A stretch of DNA of 37,264 nt from Gemmatimonadales bacterium (GTDB lineage: Bacteria; Gemmatimonadota; Gemmatimonadetes; Gemmatimonadales; GWC2-71-9): the NCBI GenBank assembly GCA_035300745.1, contig DATGVC010000225.1, positions 1 to 37,264 of the forward strand. The letters run 5' to 3'. The notes beneath the pieces are model-generated. The model had not been told where the DNA came from, made no database searches, and saw nothing but the letters and a program-made list of their open reading frames with translations. Position 1 is the stretch's first letter, and the number at the start of each line of letters is the position of its first letter. This document shows positions 16,008 through 24,103 of the stretch, piece after piece. Position numbers and translations under genes: made by a program.

Positions 16008-16943
16008 TCAAGGGCAACGGAGCGCGAGCGGCTGCGCGGCAATCACTCGTCGCGCTTCGACATCGATCGCGAGCGCGCGCGAATCGCGTGGAGACACCTC
16101 CGCGATCTCGTCGACTAAGAGCAATGCTCCGCCGCCTGGTCCCGCGAGGGCACCGCGCAGGGAATACCGCACCCCCTGAGCCGTGATCATGCCCCCGTGC
16201 AATCGCCTTCGCTGCGGTCGTACGACCCAGCGCAGCTCGTGCAAATCGAGATCGGTCGTTGCGACACCGGTGATCAGCGTCGTATCGATCCTGTCCTCGG
16301 CGACCGTGGCGGCAAACGTCGCGCGAAATCCGACCGCGTACTGCGACCGCAGTGCGACAATTTCGCCGGCATCCGCGGCCCTGTCGGCATCCAGCGACGG
16401 AGGATGCAGCAGCCCCACGCTCGGTCCCCTGGTCGACACCTCGGCCCGGTCCGCGACTCGTCTGATGAGCGCCATTGCATCGCGAGTCGACAGCGCAGGT
16501 CGCGGCGTTCCCGCCCCACCGGCGAACGCCGGCTCGTCGAGCAGCGCCACCACGGTCCCGTGCGATGGCGGAGCGCTGCGACCGGCGGCCCCTCCGGGGG
16601 GGAAGGCCAAAACCAGCTCCGTCACGAGCCCAGAGTACCCGCATGTGCGGGGCCCATGGAAGCGAGCCAGGGTCAGCCGCCCGGGCGCGGCGCCGTTCGC
16701 CGAGAGCACGGTCGCGCTGCGCGCCCCGCGCGCGTCCACCGTGACGAGCGGCCGCCCCTCGAGTGCGTCCATCACGCTCCCGCCGCCGGTCAGCCGCCGG
16801 TAGAAATCACGCGCGAAGCGATCGTCGGCGACGAAAACGTGCGCCTCGCCACCGAGGCTCCAGCCCAGCGCGGCACGCTGCCCGCCACTGGCGCATGCCA
16901 GTAGACCGACGACGAGAAGCACGCTAGCGTTGGCGCGATGCAA
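16008..16943 (-). CDS. Hypothetical lipoprotein (about 311 aa) of unknown function
   Basis: The track ORF 16008..17366 runs antisense into the FNR gene. I trimmed it to TTG 16943, giving MHRANASVLLVVGLLACASGG, a lipoprotein signal with a lipobox. GTG 16922 is the alternative. The protein has hydrophobic cores (LVTELVLAF, ALLLVDEIAEV), unlike the Arg-rich mirror ORFs. I recognise no family motif. Confidence 0.55.
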   Translation of the reverse strand: MHRANASVLLVVGLLACASGGQRAALGWSLGGEAHVFVADDRFARDFYRRLTGGGSVMDALEGRPLVTVDARGARSATVLSANGAAPGRLTLARFHGPRTCGYSGLVTELVLAFPPGGAAGRSAPPSHGTVVALLDEPAFAGGAGTPRPALSTRDAMALIRRVADRAEVSTRGPSVGLLHPPSLDADRAADAGEIVALRSQYAVGFRATFAATVAEDRIDTTLITGVATTDLDLHELRWVVRPQRRRLHGGMITAQGVRYSLRGALAGPGGGALLLVDEIAEVSPRDSRALAIDVEARRVIAAQPLALRCP

Positions 16944-17960
16944 GACGCGAAAGATATCACCATCATCGGCGCCGGTCCGACCGGCCTGTTCGCGGCGTTC
17001 TACGCCGGGATGCGCGGCGCGTCGCACCGCTTGATCGACAACCTCGATCAGGTGGGTGGTCAGCTGACCGCGCTCTATCCCGAGAAATACATCTTCGACG
17101 TGGCCGGCTTCCCGAAGATTCTCGCCAAGGACCTCGTCAAAGGGATGGCCGAGCAGGGCCTGCAGTGGAACGGGCCGGTCCATCTTGCGCAGAAAGTCAT
17201 CGGGCTGAAGCGCACACACGAAAACGCCAAGCCGCTGTTCACGATCGTCACCGACCAGGACGAGTACCCGGGCCGCTCGGTGCTGATCGCGGGCGGCATC
17301 GGCGCGTTCACGCCACGCAAGCTGCCCCTCAAAGACGTAGATCAGTGGAACGAAAAGGGACTGCACGATCGCGTCCTGAACCCACAGGCCTTCGCCGGCA
17401 AGCGGATTCTCATCGTGGGCGGCGGCGATTCAGCCTTCGACTGGGCCGTCAACCTCCAGGGCATCGCCAAGTCGATCGTGATGATCCACCGGCGCGACGG
17501 CTTCCGCGCCCATCAGGCGACGGTCGATCAGGTGCAGGCGTTGTCCGCCGCCGGCAAGATGCAGCTGCGGACGTTCTGGGAGCTGAAGGAGATCGCGGGT
17601 TCGAGCCGCATCGAGCGCGTCACGATCTTCAACAACAAGACCAAGGAGGAAGAGACGCTCCCGATGGACTGCGTCATCCCGCAGCTCGGATTCATCTCGT
17701 CGTTAGGAGCGATTGCGGAGTGGGGGCTCGAAATCGAGAAGGGCGACATCAAGGTCGCGCCGACGATGGAAACCAACATCCCCGGCATCTACGCGGCCGG
17801 CGACATCACAACCTATCCGGGAAAGCTCAAGCTCATCGCGACGGGCGTCGCCGAAGCCTGTATTGCCGTCAATCACGCCGTCCACTTCTTGAATCCGTCG
17901 GCGAAGTTCATGCCTGGCCATAGCTCGAACATGGCCATCTTCGGTCAGAAAGAAGACTAG
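16938..17960 (+). CDS. Ferredoxin-NADP(+) reductase, thioredoxin-reductase-like (YumC type)
   Basis: DITIIGAGPTGLFAAFYAGMRG is the FAD GxGxxG motif. RILIVGGGDSAFDWA is the NADPH site. IPGIYAAGDI is also present. The protein has no CxxC redox pair, which fits TrxR-like FNR rather than TrxB. Confidence 0.85.
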   Translation: MQDAKDITIIGAGPTGLFAAFYAGMRGASHRLIDNLDQVGGQLTALYPEKYIFDVAGFPKILAKDLVKGMAEQGLQWNGPVHLAQKVIGLKRTHENAKPLFTIVTDQDEYPGRSVLIAGGIGAFTPRKLPLKDVDQWNEKGLHDRVLNPQAFAGKRILIVGGGDSAFDWAVNLQGIAKSIVMIHRRDGFRAHQATVDQVQALSAAGKMQLRTFWELKEIAGSSRIERVTIFNNKTKEEETLPMDCVIPQLGFISSLGAIAEWGLEIEKGDIKVAPTMETNIPGIYAAGDITTYPGKLKLIATGVAEACIAVNHAVHFLNPSAKFMPGHSSNMAIFGQKED

Positions 17961-19471
17961 CGCGCCAGCTGCACCACCACCGAATCGATTTGGGCCAGCA
18001 TCTGCCTCGTCGGAACGTCATGCGCGTTCGCCTGAATCGAAAAAGTGATCACCCGCCCATCGGCCTTCTCGATGTAGCCCGACAGCGTATTCACGCGATT
18101 GATCGATCCCGTTTTTGCGCGCACATGCCCCTCGAGCGGCGTTCCGGCAAAGCGCTTGAGCAGCGAGCCGCGCTGCTGGGCGTGCGGCAACCCGGCCAGA
18201 AACGGCGCCCGCCGGGGATGGCGGTACATGTAAGCCAGCAGCTGCACGAACGCGTGCGGCGTCACGAGATTGCCCGCGGCCAAGCCTGAGCCGTCCTCCA
18301 ACGAAAATGCGGTCGAGTCGATTTTCACGGAGTCGATGAGAAACCGCTTCTCGACGTCGAGACCCTTTGTCCAGCTTCCGGTATCGCCCACTGCACGCGC
18401 CAGCACCTTGAGCAGCATCTCGGCGAACCAGTTCTGGCTGCTGTTCAGAATCGGGAAGACGATGTCTGGTAACGGGCGACCACGGTATTCCACCAGTGCG
18501 GGTGGGCTGGGGGGGCTGGGGGGGCTGCCGCAGCACCGCAGCGTGCGGTAGGCCATCGAGTCGGTCGTGCTGGCGGCGCCGCCGCCGATCGAGATTCCCT
18601 TCCTCCGTAACGAGATCTCGAGCGCCCGGGCGGCGTACAGGTTCGGATCGGGCAGCGCGAAGCTCTCGATCCAGGGCGACCTGCTCAACGACACCGTGCC
18701 CTCAGCCCAGATGTCGAGCGTGCCGGGTTTGCGGAAGAAGTTGTCCCCGATCGTCGTGGACGAATCGGCTGCCACCGTGCGGGCCCGATTCTCGAACGTG
18801 AACAGAGTCAGATCGGGGCTCCATGTGATCACCGGCGGGGCATCGACGAATGCCCCGGGCGTGATCTGGAAATCGACACTGTTGTCGTGAAATCCCAGTC
18901 CGGAGATCGGCGCGGCGTACCACCAGTTGAGATCGAACGAGTTCCAGCTCGGATGCGTCAGGATCGGCTCGAAATACGAGCCATCGCCGACGATCCTGCC
19001 CGTCACACGTCGAATCCCGTGCGCGTGCAGCGAATCGGCGATCGCGTCCACCACGGTCCACGTCGAGTCGCAGCCGCCCGGCGCGAGCGTATCGACCGTG
19101 TAGCAGCGCTGCGACCAGGTCGGGTCGCCGCGTCCGTACAGAATGAGGTCGCCCTGCAGCACGCCGTTGGTGATGGTCCCGTTGGCGTAGACGCTGGTGC
19201 CTACGCGATAGTCGGCGGGCAGCAAGACAGTCGCCGCGGCCGACACGACGAGCTTGGTATTGCTGGCCGGCACCGAGAAGCGATCCCCGTTGCGACTGAA
19301 GAGTACGCGTCCCCGGTCGTCCTGGGCGAAGACGTTCCACGTAGCGCGGTCGAACGGCGGTTGGTCGAGCAGTCGCGTGAGGCGCTGCTGCAGCGAACCC
19401 CCCCCCCGGCTTTGCGCATCGAGGGAGACTGCGGCGCTAATCGTAAGCGACGCGAGGATCAGCTTTCGCAT
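17957..19471 (-). CDS. dacB: D-alanyl-D-alanine carboxypeptidase/endopeptidase (PBP4, peptidase S13)
   Basis: Signal peptide MRKLILASLTISAAVSLDAQ. The three PBP motifs are SVPASNTKLV (SxxK), EDGSGL (SxN-type) and AKTGSINRVNTLSGY (KTG). Confidence 0.88.
   Translation of the reverse strand: MRKLILASLTISAAVSLDAQSRGGGSLQQRLTRLLDQPPFDRATWNVFAQDDRGRVLFSRNGDRFSVPASNTKLVVSAAATVLLPADYRVGTSVYANGTITNGVLQGDLILYGRGDPTWSQRCYTVDTLAPGGCDSTWTVVDAIADSLHAHGIRRVTGRIVGDGSYFEPILTHPSWNSFDLNWWYAAPISGLGFHDNSVDFQITPGAFVDAPPVITWSPDLTLFTFENRARTVAADSSTTIGDNFFRKPGTLDIWAEGTVSLSRSPWIESFALPDPNLYAARALEISLRRKGISIGGGAASTTDSMAYRTLRCCGSPPSPPSPPALVEYRGRPLPDIVFPILNSSQNWFAEMLLKVLARAVGDTGSWTKGLDVEKRFLIDSVKIDSTAFSLEDGSGLAAGNLVTPHAFVQLLAYMYRHPRRAPFLAGLPHAQQRGSLLKRFAGTPLEGHVRAKTGSINRVNTLSGYIEKADGRVITFSIQANAHDVPTRQMLAQIDSVVVQLAR
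18500..18526. repeat. 9-nt tandem repeat (gggggggct, about 3 copies) inside dacB encoding SPPSPPSPP
   Basis: The sequence gggtgggct gggggggct gggggggct occupies 18500-18526. On the minus strand it translates as SPPSPPSPP within the loop RCCGSPPSPPSPPALVEY. Confidence 0.8.
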
Positions 19472-20357
19472 AGAGCACGTCGGTGAGAAGGTTGACCAGC
19501 ACGAAGATCACGGACAAAAAGAGAATACTTCCCTGAACCGCGGGCAGATCACGTTTCTGAATGGCCAGCAGCACATATCGTCCTACCCCGGGCCAGGAAA
19601 AAATCGTCTCAGTCAGGATGCTGCCCGTCAGGTAGTTGCCCACGTCGAGGCCGAGCACGGTGATGATCGGCAGCAACGCGTTCCGCAATGCATGCCGGCC
19701 GATGACGCGTCGTTCTCCGAGCCCCTTCGCCCGAGCGGTGCGCACGAAATCGGACGGCAGGATCTCGAGCATGGCGCCGCGCGTCATGCGGGCAAGAAAG
19801 GCAATCGAGCGCGTGCCGAGCGTAAGCGCCGGCAGCACGAGAAACGCGAGGCCGCCGTACCCGGAGGGCGGCAGCCACCGCAGCGCGACCGCGAAGAGCA
19901 GGATCAGCAGCAGCCCGACCCAATAGACGGGAAACGAGACGCCGACGTAGGCGATGAGCATGCTGAACCGATCGACCCAACCGCCCGGGCGGATCGCCGC
20001 GAGCACGCCCAGCGTGATGCCGCAGGTCGCCGCGAGCAGCATGGCGGCGCCCGCGAGCTGCAGCGTCTTGGGAAACCGCTCGGCAAGATCGCCGAGGACC
20101 GGGCGCTGCGTGATGTAGGAGCGGCCCAGATCGCCCCGTACGACGCCCCAGAGATAGTGCCCGAACTGCACGGGAATCGGCTCGTCCAGATGCAGCTCCC
20201 CGCGCAGCCGGGCGATCGTGGCGGAGTCGGCGCGCTCGCCGACCATCTCGGCGACGGGATCGCCGGGGACGACGTTCAGCAATAGAAAGGCGACGACGAG
20301 AACACCCAGCAACGTGGGGATCGTCGCCAGCAGCCGCCTACCGACGAGCCGCAACAC
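19437..20357 (-). CDS. ABC transporter permease, Dpp/Opp (DppB/OppB-like) family
   Basis: The N-terminus RRLLATIPTLLGVLVVAFLLLNVVPGDP and the EAA-like loop FVRTARAKGLGERRVIGRHALRNALLP are typical of peptide/nickel permeases. The 3' end overlaps the dacB start by 35 nt. Confidence 0.88.
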   Translation of the reverse strand: MLRLVGRRLLATIPTLLGVLVVAFLLLNVVPGDPVAEMVGERADSATIARLRGELHLDEPIPVQFGHYLWGVVRGDLGRSYITQRPVLGDLAERFPKTLQLAGAAMLLAATCGITLGVLAAIRPGGWVDRFSMLIAYVGVSFPVYWVGLLLILLFAVALRWLPPSGYGGLAFLVLPALTLGTRSIAFLARMTRGAMLEILPSDFVRTARAKGLGERRVIGRHALRNALLPIITVLGLDVGNYLTGSILTETIFSWPGVGRYVLLAIQKRDLPAVQGSILFLSVIFVLVNLLTDVLYAKADPRVAYD

Positions 20358-21942
20358 GAACCTTGGTCCAGCGCTGCCCGTTGAAGATCACCGGAACGTC
20401 CCAGCCCCCCCCCTCGATGGAGGGATGCTGGGCCCAAAGGTCCACGGGAAACCAGAGGTAGATCCATGGCGCCGCCTGATGGACCCGATCGTCGATCCGC
20501 CGGTACAGCGCTTCCCGGGCAGCCTGGTCGACCGTGCGACGCGCAACCAGGATGAGCGAGTCGGTGACCCGATCGCTATAGAAGGAATAGTTGCCACCGG
20601 GGCCGACGCTGGCGCTATGGAAGAGCGGATAGAGGAAATTGTCCGCATCCGGATAGTCGGCCCACCAATCGAGCACCGCCATGTCGGTGTCGCCCTTGCG
20701 CACCGCCTCGCGCATGCTGGAAGCGTCGCGCGAGACGATCTCGATGCGGATTCCTACCGCGGCGAGCTGCGCCTGAATTGCCTGGGCGACCCTTCCGAGC
20801 TCCACATTCGTGCCCGACCGCCACAGCTGGAGCGCAAAGCCGTTTTCGTAGCCTGCGGCGCGCAGCAGGCGGCGTGCTTCGGTCGTGTCGAAGGAGTAGG
20901 GCTGCCGGCTGGCGTCGCTTCCGCCCAACGCGGGAGGGATCGAGCCCGCCGCAGCGACGCCGCGGCCGTTCCACACGGTGCGGAGGATCTCGGGCACGTT
21001 GACCGCGTGATTGATCGCGCGCCGCACGTTGGGATCGCGTAGCGGACCGCGGCGGTTATTGAGCGCGACGTAGACATCGCGGAGCGCCGGCTTGCGCTTC
21101 AGCCAGCCCGGGTGCTCCTGCTCCCATTTCGCCGTCTCCCCGAAGGGGATCTCGGCGACGGAGATTCGTGCCGCAAGGAACTCAGCCGCGCGTGTGAGCG
21201 GCTCGGGAACGATACGAACGGTGAGTGATTCACTCAGCGGCGCTCCGCCCCAGTAGCTCGGATTCCTCGCAAAGCGCAGGTAGTCGTCGTGTTGCCACGC
21301 GACGAAGCGCCACGGCCCCGTGCCGACGGGCTGTTGGCCGAAGTCGGCGGGAACCGACGACGGCACGACCGACGCAACGGGCATCGCGAGGAATTTGGGA
21401 AAAATGGCCAGCGGCTCGGTCAGCGTGAATGCCACGGCCGTATCGCCCAGGACCTCGATGCCGCGCACGTCCCGCGCGCGCCCGTCCGCAAAGTCTCCGG
21501 CTCCCGCGATCGGCAGCAACGGCCACACCCGCCCGCCGTGCGTCTGGGGGTTGAGGACGCGCAGGAAGGAGCGCTTGACGTCGGCGGCGACAAGGGGATG
21601 CCCGTCGTGAAAGCTGACACCCGGGCGGACATGGAAGACGTACCTTTGTCCCTTGCGATCTGCCGTCCAGTGGTCGGATAAGCCGGGGAGCAGCCGGCCA
21701 TCGGCGTCGAACTGGGTGAGCCCGTCGAACAGCAGCGTCACCATCTCGCCCGTAGGTACGTCAGTGGAGAGCGCCGGGTCGAGCGAGCGGGGATCGTATG
21801 TCTCGTAGTAGACGGGCCCCCGGGCCTGATCTCCGCCGCCCGACTGACTGCGACAGGCGGCGAGAATACACAGGAACAGGGCGCTCTTCGCGGTGTCGAA
21901 AAGGTTGACAGTGCGGAGCAAGTGTCGCAACATAGCCGACAT
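20338..21942 (-). CDS. ABC transporter substrate-binding lipoprotein, family 5 (peptide/nickel)
   Basis: The lipobox is LFLCILAAC. DPALSTDVPTGEMVTLLFDGLTQFDADGRLLPGLSDHW...FHDGHPL is the SBP_bac_5 core. Candidate starts are TTG 21948, ATG 21942 and ATG 21933. Confidence 0.88.
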   Translation of the reverse strand: MSAMLRHLLRTVNLFDTAKSALFLCILAACRSQSGGGDQARGPVYYETYDPRSLDPALSTDVPTGEMVTLLFDGLTQFDADGRLLPGLSDHWTADRKGQRYVFHVRPGVSFHDGHPLVAADVKRSFLRVLNPQTHGGRVWPLLPIAGAGDFADGRARDVRGIEVLGDTAVAFTLTEPLAIFPKFLAMPVASVVPSSVPADFGQQPVGTGPWRFVAWQHDDYLRFARNPSYWGGAPLSESLTVRIVPEPLTRAAEFLAARISVAEIPFGETAKWEQEHPGWLKRKPALRDVYVALNNRRGPLRDPNVRRAINHAVNVPEILRTVWNGRGVAAAGSIPPALGGSDASRQPYSFDTTEARRLLRAAGYENGFALQLWRSGTNVELGRVAQAIQAQLAAVGIRIEIVSRDASSMREAVRKGDTDMAVLDWWADYPDADNFLYPLFHSASVGPGGNYSFYSDRVTDSLILVARRTVDQAAREALYRRIDDRVHQAAPWIYLWFPVDLWAQHPSIEGGGWDVPVIFNGQRWTKVRVAARR

Positions 21943-21958
21943 TGGCAAACCACGTCAA

Positions 21959-24103
21959 TTGCGCGTCATACCCTGCCTGTTGCTCGCCGCCGTGGCGGCG
22001 ACAACCGTCCTCACCGCTCAAGAACCGGAGCGGGTAGTTCGGGGCCTGTCGTTCGTCGGTAACCGAGCGCTCGATGACTACACGCTGGAGAGCGCTATCG
22101 CCACCACAAAATCGAGCTGGTGGGCCCGCAGCCAGTTCGTGCGCTGGCTTGGGTTGGGCGAGAAGCGCTACTTCAACGAGGTCGAATTCCGGCGCGACGT
22201 GGTCCGCCTGATTCTGCTCTACCGCCAGAGCGGCTACATGAACGCGGTCGTCGACACGTCGGTGCGGCGCACGGCGCGCGACGTGTATGCCACGTTCCGG
22301 ATTCATGAGGGCGACCCGGTACGCGTCGCCCGGCTCGATGTGCGAGGTCTGGACGGCATCTTCGACGTCGAGAAACTGAAACGCGACCTGCCGCTCCAAG
22401 TCGGAGATCCTTTCAATCGCTTTTTCATGCAGGCATCGGCCGATACGATTGTGGCGCGGCTGCGCACCAATGGATTCCCGTACGCCGAGGTGCTGCGAAA
22501 CTTCGATTCGGAAGCGGGAATCCTGAAGGCAGAAGTCGAGTTCGATGCGCAACCGGGGCCGCGCATGCGCATCGGCGAGGTGCTGATCCACGGGCTCCGC
22601 GACGTGGATACGGGTACCGTGCGTCGCGTCATGTCGGTGCGGCCCGGGAACTCATTCAACCAGGAAGCCTTGTACCAGACGCAGCGCGACCTCTACGGGA
22701 TGGGTGTGTTCAGCTCGGTCAACGTCGTGCTGCTGGATTCCGTGGCGCCCCAGGAGACGGTGCAGCGCGACTCCACGGTGCGTACCCTGATCCAGGTGCA
22801 GGAAGGTCCTGCCCACCAGGTGCGCGCAGGCTTCGGGTACGCCACGGTGGAGTGCTTCCGGGTGCAGAGCGGCTGGACGGCGCATGACTTCCTGGGCGGC
22901 GCGCGCACGCTCGATCTGTCGGCGCGGTTGTCGAAGCTGGGCGCGGGCACGCCCGAGCACACGACGGGATTCAAGCAGTTCTGTAACCCATTCGCCGGCA
23001 CGTGGACGTTCGACACGCTCAACTACACGTTCGGCATTACGCTGCGACAGCCGGCGTTTCTATCGCGCTCGCACGTCGCCACGGTGGGTTTCGTGGCGGA
23101 GCGGCGCTCCGAGTTCGGGATCTACACCCGCGAGGCGATCGGCGGAAACGCCGATCTCACGTTGAACACCCGCGGGCGGCTCCCGGTCACACTCGGATAC
23201 TCGTATGCCGTCGGGCGGACACTCGCGGCGGATGGGATCTACTGCAGTCTGTTCCGGCTCTGCGACGAGGTGAGCCGCAAATTTCTCCGCGACCGGCGGC
23301 AGTTCGGCGCGGTGACGATCAGTGTCGTGCGCGATCGGGTCAACAGCGTCCTCGATCCATCGGAGGGCAGTATCACGACCGCGACGCTCCTGCACTCGTC
23401 CCACGTCGTCGGCTCGCAGGCGCCCTACGAATTCAACCGGGGAGAGATCGAGGTCGCGAAATACTACCCGATCAGCCGGCGCAGCGTGTTCGCCTGGCGC
23501 CTGCGCGGCGGGACGATCTTGCCGCGCAACATTCAGCTCGGCGGGCAGACCGTTGCCTACGTGCCACCAGATCAGCGCTTCTACGGCGGCGGGCCGAACT
23601 CGGTGCGCGGCTACGGGCGCAACGAGCTGGGACCGCGCGTTTACGTCCTACACGACACCACGAGCCGCAATGCGATCGACTCCGCGGCCACCGCGCAGGC
23701 GGGTGAGAAGGTATTTCGCGGCGTCAGCGCGGCGCCCACCGGCGGCAACACCGCGATCATCCTGAATGCTGAGCTGCGCATTCCCTCGCCGATCTTCACG
23801 CAGCGCATGCGGCTGGGGCTGTTCGTGGATGCGGGACAGGTCTGGGAGCGCGGCGAGGAGCTCGTGACGATTCGGGGAATGCGGGTCACGCCGGGTGCCG
23901 GGGTGCGGTTCGCGACTCCCCTCGGGCCGGTGCGGATCGACGCCGCGTACAACGGCTATCCGGCGGAGCGCGGTCCGCTGCTCTTCGTCAACGATTCCAC
24001 CGGCACGGTGACGCAGATCCGGCCATCGTACCCGCCGCTGCGCGCCCAAAGGTCATTCTGGCAGAAGGTCGTGGTGCAGGTTGCCGTCGGGCAGGCTTTC
24101 TAG
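21959..24103 (+). CDS. BamA/TamA-family outer-membrane protein (POTRA repeats plus Omp85 barrel)
   Basis: A POTRA-like region (VRGLSFVGNRALDDYTLESAI..., VRVARLDVRGL...) is followed by a C-terminal Omp85 barrel ending in an aromatic residue (VAVGQAF). The TTG at 21959 gives the signal peptide MRVIPCLLLAAVAATTVLTAQE. The track start GTG 21893 would overlap the divergent SBP gene. Confidence 0.85.
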   Translation: MRVIPCLLLAAVAATTVLTAQEPERVVRGLSFVGNRALDDYTLESAIATTKSSWWARSQFVRWLGLGEKRYFNEVEFRRDVVRLILLYRQSGYMNAVVDTSVRRTARDVYATFRIHEGDPVRVARLDVRGLDGIFDVEKLKRDLPLQVGDPFNRFFMQASADTIVARLRTNGFPYAEVLRNFDSEAGILKAEVEFDAQPGPRMRIGEVLIHGLRDVDTGTVRRVMSVRPGNSFNQEALYQTQRDLYGMGVFSSVNVVLLDSVAPQETVQRDSTVRTLIQVQEGPAHQVRAGFGYATVECFRVQSGWTAHDFLGGARTLDLSARLSKLGAGTPEHTTGFKQFCNPFAGTWTFDTLNYTFGITLRQPAFLSRSHVATVGFVAERRSEFGIYTREAIGGNADLTLNTRGRLPVTLGYSYAVGRTLAADGIYCSLFRLCDEVSRKFLRDRRQFGAVTISVVRDRVNSVLDPSEGSITTATLLHSSHVVGSQAPYEFNRGEIEVAKYYPISRRSVFAWRLRGGTILPRNIQLGGQTVAYVPPDQRFYGGGPNSVRGYGRNELGPRVYVLHDTTSRNAIDSAATAQAGEKVFRGVSAAPTGGNTAIILNAELRIPSPIFTQRMRLGLFVDAGQVWERGEELVTIRGMRVTPGAGVRFATPLGPVRIDAAYNGYPAERGPLLFVNDSTGTVTQIRPSYPPLRAQRSFWQKVVVQVAVGQAF

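Noticed and set aside
16944-17366. The N-terminal 141 aa of the track ORF 16008..17366
   Set aside because: This part is antisense to the strongly supported FNR gene. An internal TTG or GTG start yields a proper lipoprotein signal peptide, so the ORF was trimmed.
17598-17607. ggttcgagcc, which resembles a tRNA T-arm
   Set aside because: It lies inside the FNR coding frame, and no acceptor, D or anticodon arms can be drawn around it. I found no tRNA genes.
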